Source of the DNA: Ruditapes philippinarum
Lineage: Eukaryota
Reading direction: 5' to 3'
Length of the DNA: 64,000 nt
NCBI RefSeq assembly: GCF_026571515.1
Contig: NW_026859228.1
Location: 124,001-188,000 of the forward strand
The translations under genes were made by a program, and so were the position numbers. Below the pieces are notes generated by a model that did not search any database, was not told the origin of the DNA, and saw only the letters and a list, made by a program, of their open reading frames with translations. Numbering within the stretch: the stretch's first letter is position 1; each line of letters starts with the position of its first letter. This document shows positions 38,101 to 51,485 of the stretch, piece by piece.

Positions 38101-38583
38101 AAAAGCGGCTGCAACTAAAATATATATCCGAAATTTAGTTTTTCTTTCATTTCTTCTTTCTGCTTAAAAAAGTAGAAAAAAACTATTCCCGACCCGTACA
38201 TATAATTTTCGATCAGCACGACATTTTTGTTGTTTGTTTGCATGTTCGTGGGGATTTAAGTTATTTTCTTTGACCTTTTTCTGATTAGGTGGTCACTGTA
38301 CTCCTACTTGAATACTATTGAATTGCCCTTAGGATATGTTGTATTTTGTCTTTTGACGTCTTTTCTGTGATATGCAGGCTTTTCAACCTCTGTTCCCCTT
38401 TCAAAATTTCATTTTGTTGAGAAATAGCTTTTAACAATGCAAATAAAGTCCGGTACAGAGCTAATAATATAATGAAGATTGGATATAGATGATTAGTAAT
38501 ATAATTTTTTTTTTAATTAATTATTATTTTAAACCAAATCTATGAGATAATCATGTAAATCCAATGTTTGTTTAACAAGATTA

Positions 38584-38766
38584 ACTTCCGCGTTCCATAA
38601 GCAGATATTCCTAATATATTAGTTAATATTTAAGAATATTTATTAAACATTTCAAGAATAAAATTATAGCTACAACATAATTTATGCCTTCACGATTATT
38701 TTTTGTATATATTTTTGTTGTTATTCTTCTCTTACGCAACGTTTGGTCTTAAACAAGTCACGTGAT
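38584..38766 (+). promoter_or_regulatory. Promoter module of copy 4 (ETS-like motif and E-box kept, GTAAG donor missing)
   Basis: ACTTCCGCGTTCCA at 38584 and GTCACGTGAT at 38757. Compared with unit 6, the segment containing AAAGGTAAG is deleted. Confidence 0.5.
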
Positions 38767-39914
38767 ATTATTAATTTCATAATGTAGACGAACAAGTGTA
38801 CCTTTACGTTGAAGGTGTTTTAATGCTAAATCGGATAATAATATATAAAGGTAGGGGTTTTTTTTACACTAAACGTATCTTTACAAATTCGTAACTTTTT
38901 CATGATTCAAAGACTTGAATGTTTGTTTATCATTTTAACAAGATAACTTGAAGCAACGCCTTTCAGATTTATGAAAACACATGACACGACATGTTTTCGT
39001 TAATTTAAAATAGAACATTTTTCAAAATTGAATATAAATGATGATTTAAATACGTTTTCGGTTGACATTTCCTTATTGATTTATCAAAATATTGATTAAA
39101 ACTACATACGATATGAAATGTTAAATCAACATGTTTAAAGTATGCACCGGGTAGCTATGTCATGTTTAAAACTCTACAAACTAAAGATAACACAGTATTA
39201 ATACTTAGTGATACTAAATTCTTTTCTGGATTTTGCCATTTATTACATGTGCAGAAAACTTTGCAACATATTTAACTCTGTCTTCAGCAATTATGCACAT
39301 TCAAGGTAAATATTCTTATTGTTATCATTTTTATTTTTGATAATAATAGTCTTTAAAATATAGACGTAGAAGTGTAATTGCAAATTATTTATCATTTACG
39401 TTGTGAACTTTGTTTTATATGAATTTTGGCCTACTTTCCTTTTGGACCCACTTAGTGAAAACAAACATGGCTAACAATGCTGAATCACCTTGTTTGATTT
39501 GCTTCATTGTATGTACGTAATGTTGTAGTTTTTTCTACTTTACAATAGCGAAAATAAATGCATCTTTGCAATACAAAACTGGTTATATTTGATCATATAT
39601 ACGTATAACCTATATTTAGAAACATTTCAGACTCATGTGGTATGACAAATAAGAAATTATAATTTTATTGGATATCATCTAAAATTCACACAAATAGTCA
39701 TTTGAACGCAACATTTCATATCTGTGCGAATTCATGAAATTAAATATTTACATATTTGACAGTTTTCGGCTTATATCTACTACATATTCCAAAACACGAA
39801 AATTTCAAGATATAGACATCTAATCATTCAAAAGGCTACCTATAAGGTATTTGCAAGTATTTTCAATTTTTTACATATTGGACAGTTTTCGGCTTATATA
39901 TGGTATACCTTTAA

Positions 39915-40246
39915 AGATCCTGCATGTTGTAATTAAGGATGTAAGTTAAAGTTTATATATGCATATAATTTTTCCTCTAAAACAATTTCAAAACTTCGAA
40001 TAATATGTTAAATATGTAATGCAAATGTTTATACGTATTATAAATAATCTTTAAGAAATATGCATTCATTTCTTATTGAGAAATTTGGCTTAGACTTTAT
40101 CGGAAAAAAATGCCTAATTACCTTCCTTTATTTACACGAAATATAAATTCGTAAGTATGCTTTTTGGAACTTACAATATTGATAAAGTTTCATTTGAGGA
40201 TCATATTTATGATATTAAACCATAAATCAATTGAGTTAAAGGATCT
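39915..40246. mobile_element. Kolobok-type MITE (same family as 11483-11821)
   Basis: ttaa-AGATCCTG...AGGATCT-ttag, with a colinear interior. Confidence 0.8.
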
Positions 40247-40975
40247 TTAGGAAATATAAGTAAAGAAGTCGGGAAGGCGAATTATTCATCTTAACATAAT
40301 TGTGAGAAATACTCGTGGGTTTAGTGTAAGATTTTAATAAGAAAGAAATTATACATGGACACAATAATAAACACAAATTATACCAGTTACACAAAATGTT
40401 GGATTAACACGCATACAGAATACATCAATTTTTACCAAATTGAGTAAAAAAAAGTTTTCACATTTGTTATAAGTATGATATTTTGAATGCTTTGCAGAGA
40501 TGACAAATTTCTTTTATACTGACTATTAAATTATAAACAACGCTTGTCACAGGACTGGTATTGCAATAATTTGATGTGTTATTCAGTATGATATTTATCA
40601 AACATTATTGCCGTGCACTATTTATTTTCTGATTATTTTAGTTAGACACAGATCGGTGTGACAAGCATTTGATAGATTAATCTTTAAATATTACCGGAGA
40701 TCTTTACTTCAGTATAGCAAAATAGGATACAATCTACTATAGATATTTTTTGAAGAACTTGTTAAATGCTTATTGTAATTTTCTATTCACATATGGAGAT
40801 CATTGTACTGAATATTATTATAACTGTTTTTTTTTCAGGAAAGTTTGGTAAAATACGTAATTTTTTTTTATGAATGATATATTTATTAAACATAAAAAGC
40901 GTAAAAATTAATACAAAATAAATTAAATAAAAAAGAAGAAAAATATTATTTTTATTTAACTTTTTTCAGACTTTC

Positions 40976-42696
40976 ATGGAGGTTCCTGGTAAACAAGACG
41001 AAGAAGCTTCAAGAGCTGATGACACAACATTAATATGTCTCTCTTGTGATATTGATGGTTTAAAGGAACCAGCCTATGGCTTCTGTCAGGACTGCCAGGA
41101 GCACCTATGTGAAACATGCTATAAACATCACAGACGTGCACGTCCATTTAAAAACCATGAACTCATTGACAAAGAATCCATGCCAAATATCCGGGTAATT
41201 TCATCGGACGATACCGCAGATCTTTGCGCCAACCACCAAGATAAGCCATTAGAATTCTATTGCAGAGACCACAAATTGGTGGCTTGTTATGTGTGTGTTA
41301 CATTGGAACACAAACAGTGTAAAGTGGACTATATTCCTGATGTTTCTGGAAGCCTGTCTGATGAGTTTAATGATCTATTAAAACAAATGGAATCTTTAAT
41401 AACAAAATGTCAATCAAACATAGAAAATATTAGCAAAGCTGCCCAAAGTCTAGACCAGAGATATGCAAAATTTGTTAAAGATATAAGTGCCTTTAGGAAA
41501 AAATTGAATGAGTGTCTGGATCGAATGGAAACCGAAATAATTAATAAAGCCGAATCGTTTGTAAAGAATGCAAAAATTAAACAAAAAACCATAAAATCTG
41601 CTTGCTTAGATGTAACTGAAGAACTTGAATATTCACATTCGGTTGTAAGTAAATTAAGAGAAGATGCCAAGCACAACAAGCTTTTTATTGCGATGAAAAA
41701 TGTCGCAAAACGTCTGCCTTTACTGGAAGATAAAGAAAATTAGTATTAGATGAAAATACAATAGATGATTGTATCAAATTAACCCGGAACACAGATCTGA
41801 TTAATCAATTTGAATCTGAGAATGTGTATGGAATATTGTTTACAGGTGTACAACCTTCTCCAGATAGAACAATAAATATACAATATACGGATACGATTAA
41901 CATGAAGACCAAATCCGAAGAGAAACAATGTAACATCATGGGTATGGTTATGATTGCTCCTACAAGAATGATCGTTGCTGACAATACAAACTTCAAAATC
42001 AAACTAATTGACAATGAGAAATGTGTAGTCGTGACGGAGAATAAGATGTCCTCACAACCGGTTGATGTTATAATTCTTCCAGAAAATAAGCTTGCTGTGA
42101 CATTGGAAAGTGAAAAGTGTATTCAGATAATGTCTTATACTGATGTAGATCTTTCATCAGATCGACGTATAGATGTTAAAGAACTTTGCAACGGGATAGC
42201 TTATTGTCATTATAAGTTTGTTGTCACTTGCTGGTCATCTAAAAAAATAATCATTATCAATCTTGAAGGATGTATTCTCAAAGTTTTACGTTCTCCTGCT
42301 ATGTTTAATGGGCCTAGCAGAGTTTTGATCAGCAAGGATGAGAAGTTTCTATATGTAACAGACAGAGATTTGAGGTCTAACAGCAGTGTTATGAAAATTG
42401 ATTTGGAAGGAAATCTTATTAGCGTTTTTAAAGAGTCAGGATATGCTGTTCCTTATGGTCTGCAACAATTAGAAGACGAGACGATACTTGTGTGTTTTCA
42501 AGACAGAGGAACTGTCCTGAGACTAACAAGCAGCTTAAAGAGATGTGACATTATTGGACCAGAGAAGGAAAATATGTATCGCCCAAAAGCTATAACATAC
42601 TGTCACATATATCACAAACTTTATGTAAGTTGTTCATCAGAGAAAGGGAAACAAAACGCTGATATTGTGAAAATATTCAATGTTAAGTGGATCTGA
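40976..42696 (+). pseudogene. TRIM-like copy 4, frameshifted by a 1-bp deletion at about 41736-41739 (573 aa if restored)
   Basis: ORFs 40976-41743 and 41824-42696 are in different frames. Adding one base to GAAAA restores ..DKE(K)LVLDENTIDDCI, matching copy 5. Acceptor TTTTTTCAG lies 6 nt before the ATG. Confidence 0.82.
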
Positions 42697-43129
42697 ACTT
42701 TACAAGGGAATATTACGTCATCAAATCACAATATATCTTAATTATGGCAAGGAATTTCAATTATTAATTGCTTTTTGGAAAAAAGAGTTACTAGTATATT
42801 ATCTTTCCCATAACATCTTGGAACCCTAAAATTACACTGATTCATCCAAATTTAATAAGAACGAATGTCTCTAACAGGTACAAAAGTTTCTTTCATATAT
42901 GAAGGGCCTAGATATTGGCAATTTTAAAAATATGATTTACACGTAATTGCTTATTTCTGTTTTGCAACATTTAATAAAAACATATTAGCTAGTATAACAT
43001 TATTGACACTATATTTAGGTCCCATGCCTTGTATAATTCTAACAGTTTTATTTTTACAAAGTTGAGTCCTACTTTTAAAACACTTGTTCAGACTCGGGTA
43101 CCAAAAAGAACATCATGTATAATCGAGGT

Positions 43130-43800
43130 GGCACTGTATTAGTGCTGAGCATAAATATGTTATAGTCCTAAAATATAAACCATTTGCTTGCCTATACACA
43201 AATTTAAGGCGTTAATTTACCTTTGTAAGAATAATATTAACAATAGAATCACCAGACAAAGAATCATTAATATTAAAACCTAGATACATGTATTTGACAG
43301 AGTTTGTGGATTCAATAACATGTCAATTACAAACAATTTTAAATACTTCAACTTGTTTTATTTTATGCTGGGAACCAAACATATATAAGGCCCTCAGTCT
43401 TTCCTAGATGTAGTGGCAATTTGTTATCTTAGATTTTGCGAGCAAAAAGAATTACACTGTCATCCGCATACAGGATAAGCTTACATTCTTCACCTTTACT
43501 AATTCACATGTCATTTACATAGCACAAAATAATAGAGGACCCATGATGCTTCTCTTTGGGAACCCCACATGTAACAGGCATATAATCTGATAGAATACTT
43601 TCAACACTAACAATTTGTTTTATACCTTTTAGATAAGGCATAAACCAGTTAGTATTTGATATACCCATTAATTTAAATTTTCCACATAAAATGTCATAGT
43701 CAACAGTATCGAATGTTTTTTGTAGGTCTAACATTATCTTGCCTGTGTATAAACCTTGGGTGTTATAATCCATAAGGTGAGTAAGACATGTGTCAGTGGC
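43130..43800 (-). mobile_element. LINE reverse-transcriptase relic (L2/CR1-group)
   Basis: Minus-strand peptides LDLQKTFDTVDYDIL, WFMPYL, VTCGVP, LCYVNDM and KLILYADDS (RT motifs, including YADD), with frameshifts. Confidence 0.85.
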
Positions 43801-46039
43801 CTATCGTACGTCATTTGTTTTTCATAAAAAATAGGTTAAAATGGTTTTTGCATAGAAAAGATAACTTTATTCGATTATAATAATCGCGTTTGCTGGATAA
43901 ATTAAAGGATTAATATGATTTGCTTTACAATGACCTAGATTATTTATCATGTTTTATACTGAAATATTCTTAAATAGCGTGCCTTTTATGATGAGACTCT
44001 ATGAAACCGTAACCTCCATTTTCACATTGGACTTTTTATTGCGTTTGAAAGGTATTTAGGTTTTCCTTACAATCAATGACCAAAGCAATGCTGATAAAAA
44101 AAGACTTCATAGCCCACCTTTTCGTACAGAAAATCTGTTTATTTAGTAATTCATAAAATGATGCATATATAGGCCAATTTAACATAAAAACGCTTCTGAA
44201 GTTCAAAAAGGAGTGTCGATTATGGAAATGTTTGATATATAGTTAACTTTGAAACAATTGACTTCAAAGATATTGAAACTTAATACTAGAACATTTTGAC
44301 CGATCTCTTCTGCATAATTATAATGCTGCGTGTGTTTAGATAGCATACTGAAGGTTAAAACTAGTTATAGGGTTAAACTTTTTATAGGATATAAAAGAAG
44401 AAATAAAAAAAGACATTCAGATGAAAAAGTTTCTCTGACAAATGTCACTTTAACTGTATGCTAGCTGTGAGAACATTATGGGCTTATCAAATTTACATCT
44501 TCGCTAATTTGACTGTCTTAACAAGATATAAAATTTTTAGTATGTGCCTAGGTACATTTGTGTAGAGTTAGAACTTAATAATTGACACATCTTACTGCTG
44601 CAAGAACAATACGCAGATAAATTTTAACTAAATCAGCTTATTTGTTTTTGCCAGGACTGTTAAAACGTGAAATATATCAAATGTTTCAAATAAGGATAAA
44701 CAGGATAAAACAGAAGTTCAACATGTTTGCTTGCAATTAATACAATAACAATTACATTATGTAAACAAAAGGAAAAAATCACCGAGATCAAAACATAAAG
44801 CATCTCTGATCCTTTTAGAATTATTAAAAATATGCAATCAAACACGAAAAATACTGTACCAAAATCAGAAAACTGCCTTTCTATCTATAATTTGCATTTT
44901 TTTCACATAATGAACACCTCAATGCAGGCGCCAGTGCTGACAGATTGTTGTAGTGACGACAGAAACCTAAAAATTTGCTGATTACTACATGTAAGTTACA
45001 AACTTATAAAACTATCAAAGGTTGTTTTGAATATCATATTACGCAAATAAGGACATTAGACTTACATTGCTTTAGACTTACTGTCCATTGACTGGTGATA
45101 CTCTCAGGTAATTTTAAACTCGTTTCCCAATTTCCAAAAATATTTTGAGCGTGTTAATATATACAGCTGAAAATGATAGTTTGCTCTTTTTCTTTGTTCA
45201 CAATATTTCTGAAATATATGAAAGGATAACATGTTATACATATACACATTAGATTTATTCATGCCAAATATCAACTCAGTGTGTCTTTCTTGAGAATGTT
45301 ACAGACGTCTAAACATTCCCTGTTGAACTGTATTTCTGATGATATGAAGCAGTATTTATGATTGATGTAAAAGATAGAACATTGTGGGATTTACGAAATG
45401 GTATAATGAATGATTAATTACTTGTTTGATAATACAGCTAGATTGTCGTTTCGGAAAGTATGAAATAATTGCTGATACTTGATACAATCACGGATCTTGC
45501 CGAAAAGTCACCGGAGCGTGATGTAAAATAAATCATATAACAAAATATCACTTAAATTCAATGATGAGAGTTAGTTCTAGCGAAGTAACGTTTAAAGAGT
45601 TTGTAGTTGCAATGTCTGTTATTCAAACAGTTCAAAATGAACTCAAACATAAGAAAAGTTTTTCAATTTACAACTGATGTTCAAATGTAGCTAATTTGTA
45701 TGATCCAGGGCCCATAACCTTATTTCAGGTATTTCCATAGGTCGTTTACCGTGTACTACTTCGTACGATATGTATGTTTGTCTTCGCATTGTCAAGTATG
45801 TGGCGTATGTACACTACTGTTTCTTGATGATCTTCACCATATTCATATAAATTTTAACTACCATATCAAATTCTGTTACACTTTACCATGATTTGCTTAA
45901 GCCGGTGCTAAAGGGCGTAGATGGTAGTTTTCACTTGACAGTACCTACATTGAATAGGCTCAATCAAACCGAGCCTGCAATATTTTCAATTTTGCCGTGT
46001 TGGTCTTTCTTTAGGGATTCCTATTTTCTCTATTTTGTA

Positions 46040-46260
46040 AAGTTGAAATTGTGAATTGATGATTGATGAAATTGAAATAGTGAATTTAAGAATGTAATTT
46101 TTAATTCATGAATTCGAAATTGTGAATTCGTTAAGTTGAAATCGTTAATACATAAAGTTGAAATCATGAATTCACGAATTCAATATGTTGAAATCGTGTA
46201 TTCTTGAAGTCGATATTGTTTACTCATATAAAAGAAATTAAGAACTCATAAAGTTGAAAT
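46040..46260 (+). repeat. Degenerate short tandem repeat (AAGTTGAAATCGTGAATTCAT-like)
   Basis: Repeated TTGAAAT(C/T)GTGAATT units. A paralogous tract lies at about 61130-61260. Confidence 0.6.
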
Positions 46261-46645
46261 ATCCCCACCCGTCTTCCATATATAGTTCTTATATTGCTTC
46301 CAACAATACATTTATATACTATTGCAGGTTTCAATTTACAATTTGATTGATATATTGATAAGCAATTGATTTCTTTATTTTATTCTAAAAGGGGTTGCAA
46401 CTAAAATGTATTCCAAGTTTAGTCAATTGTTATGATTTCTTCTCTTTGTCTATTTACAGTTGAAAACTAATCTTTGTTAACACTGTAAATGAGAAAAAAG
46501 CCTTTTTAATACAAATAAGGTTTGGTACAGAATGGCTCGAGATATACTAGTATAATAAAGATGGGATATATATGGACAGGAATAGTATTTGTTTTATTTG
46601 AATACAGATGTTGAGATAATCATGTAAATCTAATGTTAAGTTAAA

Positions 46646-46711
46646 AAGATGCACTCCCTCTGTTGACAAAATTAAACTTCCGCGTTTCATAAACTTTGTT
46701 TAAAGGTAAGA
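46646..46711 (+). promoter_or_regulatory. Promoter / non-coding exon 1 module of copy 5 (donor GT at 46706)
   Basis: ACTTCCGCGTTTCA at 46676, AAAG|GTAAG, and TCACATGA at 46831. Confidence 0.6.
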
Positions 46712-47331
46712 ATATACTTTTTAAATTTGAAAGGAAAATTTGACGGTTAAAACGTATGATTTAAGTAAATATTATTGTTTATATTGAGGCTGTTTTTTTC
46801 CATCACGTTTGTTCTTTATGGTTAAACAACTCACATGATATTAAATAAAAACTATGGATACATCATTAACAGTAATATTTTCCATAGATACACAAATTAT
46901 TTTGCCTTTTAAATTTACGCCGAATCGGATAATAAGATAAAAGGTAGGCTTTTAATAAACACATTTTACAATGTCATTATCATTATTAATAATTCAAAAA
47001 CTTGTATGTGTGTTTATCATTTTAACATTAACTCTTGAACAGTGACTTAATAATGACATGCTTCCGAAAATTTATATTAAAAAATCGTTCAAAAAAATGA
47101 ATCATAAATATTGATTTAAGGACAATTTTGGTTGATAATTCTTACAAGTGTACATTGAGAAATACCTCTAAAATGGAAAGGCAGTCTTAATATTAAGTAA
47201 AGAAACAACAAGTAATTTAGGTTAAAAATCGTGAACAAAAATACAAAAATACAAAACACAATTGTTAACACATTCAGTGTCTTTTAAACGGACCTATTTC
47301 AAATGGACAAGCATTTAGTGTTACACTTTAA

Positions 47332-47677
47332 AGATCCTGTATGTTGTAATTAACAACGAAACAAAACTTAAGGGAAATTTTAAATATGCATATAGTTAGT
47401 CTCCTAAAAAAAATTCCCAAATATATATTAAATATGTACTGTAGATGTTTATGCGCATTATATGTAATCATTAGATATATGCATTCATTTCTTATTGAAA
47501 GATTTGGCTAAGATTTTATCAAAACTAAATTTCTAATTACCTCCCTTTATGATATGAAATGTAAATTCGGAAATATCTTTACAAATAATGCTTTTTCGAG
47601 CTTACAATATTGACAAATCTTCATTTACGCATCATATTTATGATATTCAACACTAAAAAAAATGAGTAACAGGGTCT
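47332..47677. mobile_element. Kolobok-type MITE
   Basis: ttaa-AGATCCTGT...ACAGGGTCT-ttaa. The empty site GTGTTACACTTTAAG is seen in unit 6 at about 63526-63540. Confidence 0.82.
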
Positions 47678-47881
47678 TTAAGACGTTGGATTTATTAAAT
47701 CATTTCACAGGACTGATGGTACAATAAATTGATCTCCTATTTAACGATAATGAAAATATTTACTAAGACCCAACGAAAGGTAAGAAATTCATGAACATTA
47801 GGATTAATGTATAATTAATATCATATTTAGTACGTCTGCTGACAAGGGTGGTTTCAATATGCAATTTTGTTGTTTACTTTA

Positions 47882-48237
47882 AGATCCTGTATGTTGTACT
47901 TGGGCTTGTATACCACATTTAAATGAAATTATATATATGTATATAATTATGCTTGTAAAACAATTTTCAAACATAGAAGAATATGTCAAATATGTTCTGC
48001 AAATATTTGTACATATTATATGTTATCATAAAAATATATGCATTCATTTTTTATTGATAAATTTGACTGAGACTTTATAAAAAATAATTTTTTATTACCT
48101 CCCTTTATTTACATGAAATGTTAAATTTGGTAATATCTTGATAAATAATGCTTTTTGGAACTTACAAAATTGATAAATCTTAATACGAGCATCATATTTA
48201 TGATACAAAACCATAAAAAATGTGTGCTACAAGATCT
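47882..48237. mobile_element. Kolobok-type MITE
   Basis: AGATCCTGTA...TACAAGATCT-ttaa, same family. Confidence 0.8.
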
Positions 48238-49320
48238 TTAACGGTTTTCTTTTTAGTAAGATTTAAGGTTTTACAACAAGTCATGAAACATTTAATATTT
48301 TATCTAATCTAAATGAACTAAATAAAAGATTTCTAGCTTTGAAATTTTGTTAATGAAAATTAACAGGGAAACGTTATAGTCATGTGCAATAAGAAATTAT
48401 CTGATATGCCATGAAGATTTTAAGTATAAATAACTTTACAGAATCAGAAAATATGTGTGATGACTTAATGACTCGTAGTTGAAAGTTCTTGTCATGTCTC
48501 TGTGTCTTTTTTTTAATTTTGTGTATGTGTGTTTGTATACGCTTAGGCTTTCGCAAACCTTGCTACGGCATTGCTGGACACTTATATTAAAAGCTTTTTA
48601 AATCTGACATTATTAAAGTACGGTCGTTGTTTTTTGAATTTCATAAAGGTTCTTCTTTTTAAATGGACTTAAAAGATGGATAAAAAATTTCCATTCATGG
48701 TCAATATATTAGATAAATTTATGGAATACAAATAGAACACTATGACATAAAACATCATGGGGGCTAGTAAATGTAAAATGAGAAAGCTTGCCTCTTCGGT
48801 TAAAACCTTCTGGAGCAAACTGTTGATTCCTGGAACAAGAAACTTTGAACTCACCTAGTTCTGGTGAATTACAGGAACGGATTCGTATGTGTGTTTTATA
48901 GCTTGCCGAGGAGAAGATAACATTTGATAATATTTACCTGGTTTATATTATATAAGGCAAAAATCAAATGAACAGTCCGTAAACTGAATATTTCCTTATT
49001 TTTACATTATCATGCATTTGAGTGAAGTAAATAAAAATGTTTTGGCCCGAAAATATATAATGAACCTAGACCTAATTGTCTTTAATCAAGTTATGATGTA
49101 TTGACCGTTAATTTAGGCAAATTTATTTGATTTCACTTCCTCAGTCAACTATGTGACATTAAAGTGCGCCGTTCACAAGACATGAAAAAGGTGCAATGAT
49201 TTGATTGTTAAAATACTTAGCTGGTCACTTTATGAAAAGTGTATGGTTTCAGACAAAAATTAAGTTTTAAGCCAAAATATAATTGTTATTTTTTTCATGT
49301 AATATTTTTTTCAGGTATAG

Positions 49321-51036
49321 ATGGAGGTCCCAGGAAAACTAGGCATTGATGTCACAAAATTAGTATGTCTCCCGTGTGACATTGATGGTTTGCAGGAACC
49401 TGCTTATGGCTTCTGCCAAGACTGTCAAGAGCATCTATGTGAAACATGCTACAAACATCAAAGACGCGCACGTCCATTCAAAAACCATGCTCTCATTGAC
49501 AAAGACTCTATGCCAATGTCCCTGATAATGTTACCTAATATATCTGACAATAGAGCGAATCTTTGCGAGAAGCATCAAGATAAACCGCCAGAATTTTATT
49601 GCAACGATCACAAATCGGTGATGTGCTATGTCTGTGCTACACTAGAACACAAACAATGTAATGTGGACTATATACCTGATGTTTCGGAAAACATGTCTGT
49701 GGAGTTGAATGGTATATTACAACAAATGGAATCGTTGGTTATTAAATGTATATCCAACACAGAAAATATTAATAAAGCTACGCAAAATCTAGACCAGAGT
49801 CATGCAAAAGTGGTTGAAGATATCAAAGTATTGAGGAAAGAGAGAAATGAATGTTTGGATAGGATGGAAACAAAAATATTGGAGGAAGCTGATATAGTTG
49901 TCAAGAATGCAAAATATAAACAGGAAACCGTTAAAGCTACTTCCTTAGAGATTATGGAGGAACTCCAATGTTCATATTCGTCGTTAAATACATTAAAAGA
50001 AGAAAACAAGCAAAATACGCTTTTTATTGAGATGAAAAATGCCACAAAACGTCTGCAAATACTGACAGATAAGGAAAAGCAAGTAATAGAAGCAAATACA
50101 GCAGACGATTGTATCCAATTTACACGGAACCCAAGCCTAATAGACGGTCTTAAGACTCTGAATAACTATGGAATATTGTCAACAAGAGTACATCCGTCCT
50201 CTGATAGAGCATTAGATTTACAATATTCGCATACAGTAAATGTGAAATCTGCATCCGATAAAAAAGAGTGTAACATCACAGGTATGGTTATGATTGCTCC
50301 AAAGAAACTGATTGTTGCTGATTATAATAACAACAGCATAAAACTGATTGACGTTGAGAATGGTTCAATAATAATAGAAGCAAGGATGCCTTCCAAAACG
50401 TATGAAGCTATTAAACTTTTAGGAAATACGCTTGCTGTGACTTCGGTGGAGGAAAAGTGTATTCAGATATTGTCTTATAATGACACCGGACTTTCATTAC
50501 AACGACATATAACTGTCAGCGAAGCATGCAATGGGTTAGCTTATTGTCAAAATAAGTTTGTTTTTTCCAGCTGGAAAGTAGGGAAACTAAGCATTCTTAA
50601 CTTAGATGGAGATGTTCTTAATGTGTTTGGTTCTCCTAGTCTATTTCATGGGCCCCTCAGAGTGATATCCAGTAATGACGAGAAGTTCCTTTATGTATCA
50701 GATGCAATGAACGGCCAAAATCACAAGGTTATGAAAATTGACTTTGAAGGAAATGTTAAGAACGTTTTTGAAGAACCAGGATATGAATATCCTTACGGTC
50801 TGCAACAATTAGAAGATGACACGACATTAGTGACTTACAGAGGCAGTGATACTGTCCTTAGATTGTCGAGCAGTTTAAAAAGGTGTGAGATTGTTGGACT
50901 AGATAAATTAAATATTTATCAACCGAAAGCTTTAACATACTGTGACAGAGAACATAAATTGTACGTCAGTTGTTCAACCAAGAAAGGACAACTGAATGCT
51001 GATATTGTCAAAGTATTCAATCAGAAGTGGATATGA
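49321..51036 (+). CDS. RING-less TRIM-like protein (B-box1, B-box2, coiled coil, NHL-like beta-propeller), copy 5, intact, 571 aa
   Basis: Open 571-aa ORF colinear with copy 1. Acceptor TTTTTCAG lies 6 nt before the ATG. Confidence 0.93.
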   Translation: MEVPGKLGIDVTKLVCLPCDIDGLQEPAYGFCQDCQEHLCETCYKHQRRARPFKNHALIDKDSMPMSLIMLPNISDNRANLCEKHQDKPPEFYCNDHKSVMCYVCATLEHKQCNVDYIPDVSENMSVELNGILQQMESLVIKCISNTENINKATQNLDQSHAKVVEDIKVLRKERNECLDRMETKILEEADIVVKNAKYKQETVKATSLEIMEELQCSYSSLNTLKEENKQNTLFIEMKNATKRLQILTDKEKQVIEANTADDCIQFTRNPSLIDGLKTLNNYGILSTRVHPSSDRALDLQYSHTVNVKSASDKKECNITGMVMIAPKKLIVADYNNNSIKLIDVENGSIIIEARMPSKTYEAIKLLGNTLAVTSVEEKCIQILSYNDTGLSLQRHITVSEACNGLAYCQNKFVFSSWKVGKLSILNLDGDVLNVFGSPSLFHGPLRVISSNDEKFLYVSDAMNGQNHKVMKIDFEGNVKNVFEEPGYEYPYGLQQLEDDTTLVTYRGSDTVLRLSSSLKRCEIVGLDKLNIYQPKALTYCDREHKLYVSCSTKKGQLNADIVKVFNQKWI

Positions 51037-51485
51037 ACATTACAAAGAAAATGATGGATATGATAAAAGTTTCTTTACAAAATTGTTGTGTCTTCATTAT
51101 ATGAGAACTATACAATTGAAATATAAACATGCACACTTCGTAATATTTCAACTAATGCATATTTCTAATGCTGTCGTAACATTTGATCCATAATACATAA
51201 ATCTCATTTTAATTTCTACAAGAACGTTTCTTAGTGGACATACCGTATGTAACCATGTCCTCAAATCAAAGACGGTATCTAGATAGAATTGGCTAATGGC
51301 TCAGAGTAATTCCGGTTGTCCCGAACCGACGAAGGTAATCTGTTAAACTATTATGAAATATTAAATAATTCCGATCTTCAGTCGCATGTTTCCTACACAG
51401 TTGGGGCAACTGCTTCTAACAAAACCCATCTTTGTACGCTTTAAAACTAAGCAGTCTGATAAAGCCGTCAATGCTTATTATAAGG

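Noticed and set aside
43130-43800. Reverse transcriptase acting with the ghost 3' duplicates as a DGR-like template/variable-repeat system
   Set aside because: The RT is a broken L2/CR1-type LINE relic. The ghosts are full of indels and I saw no adenine-specific mismatch pattern against the genes.
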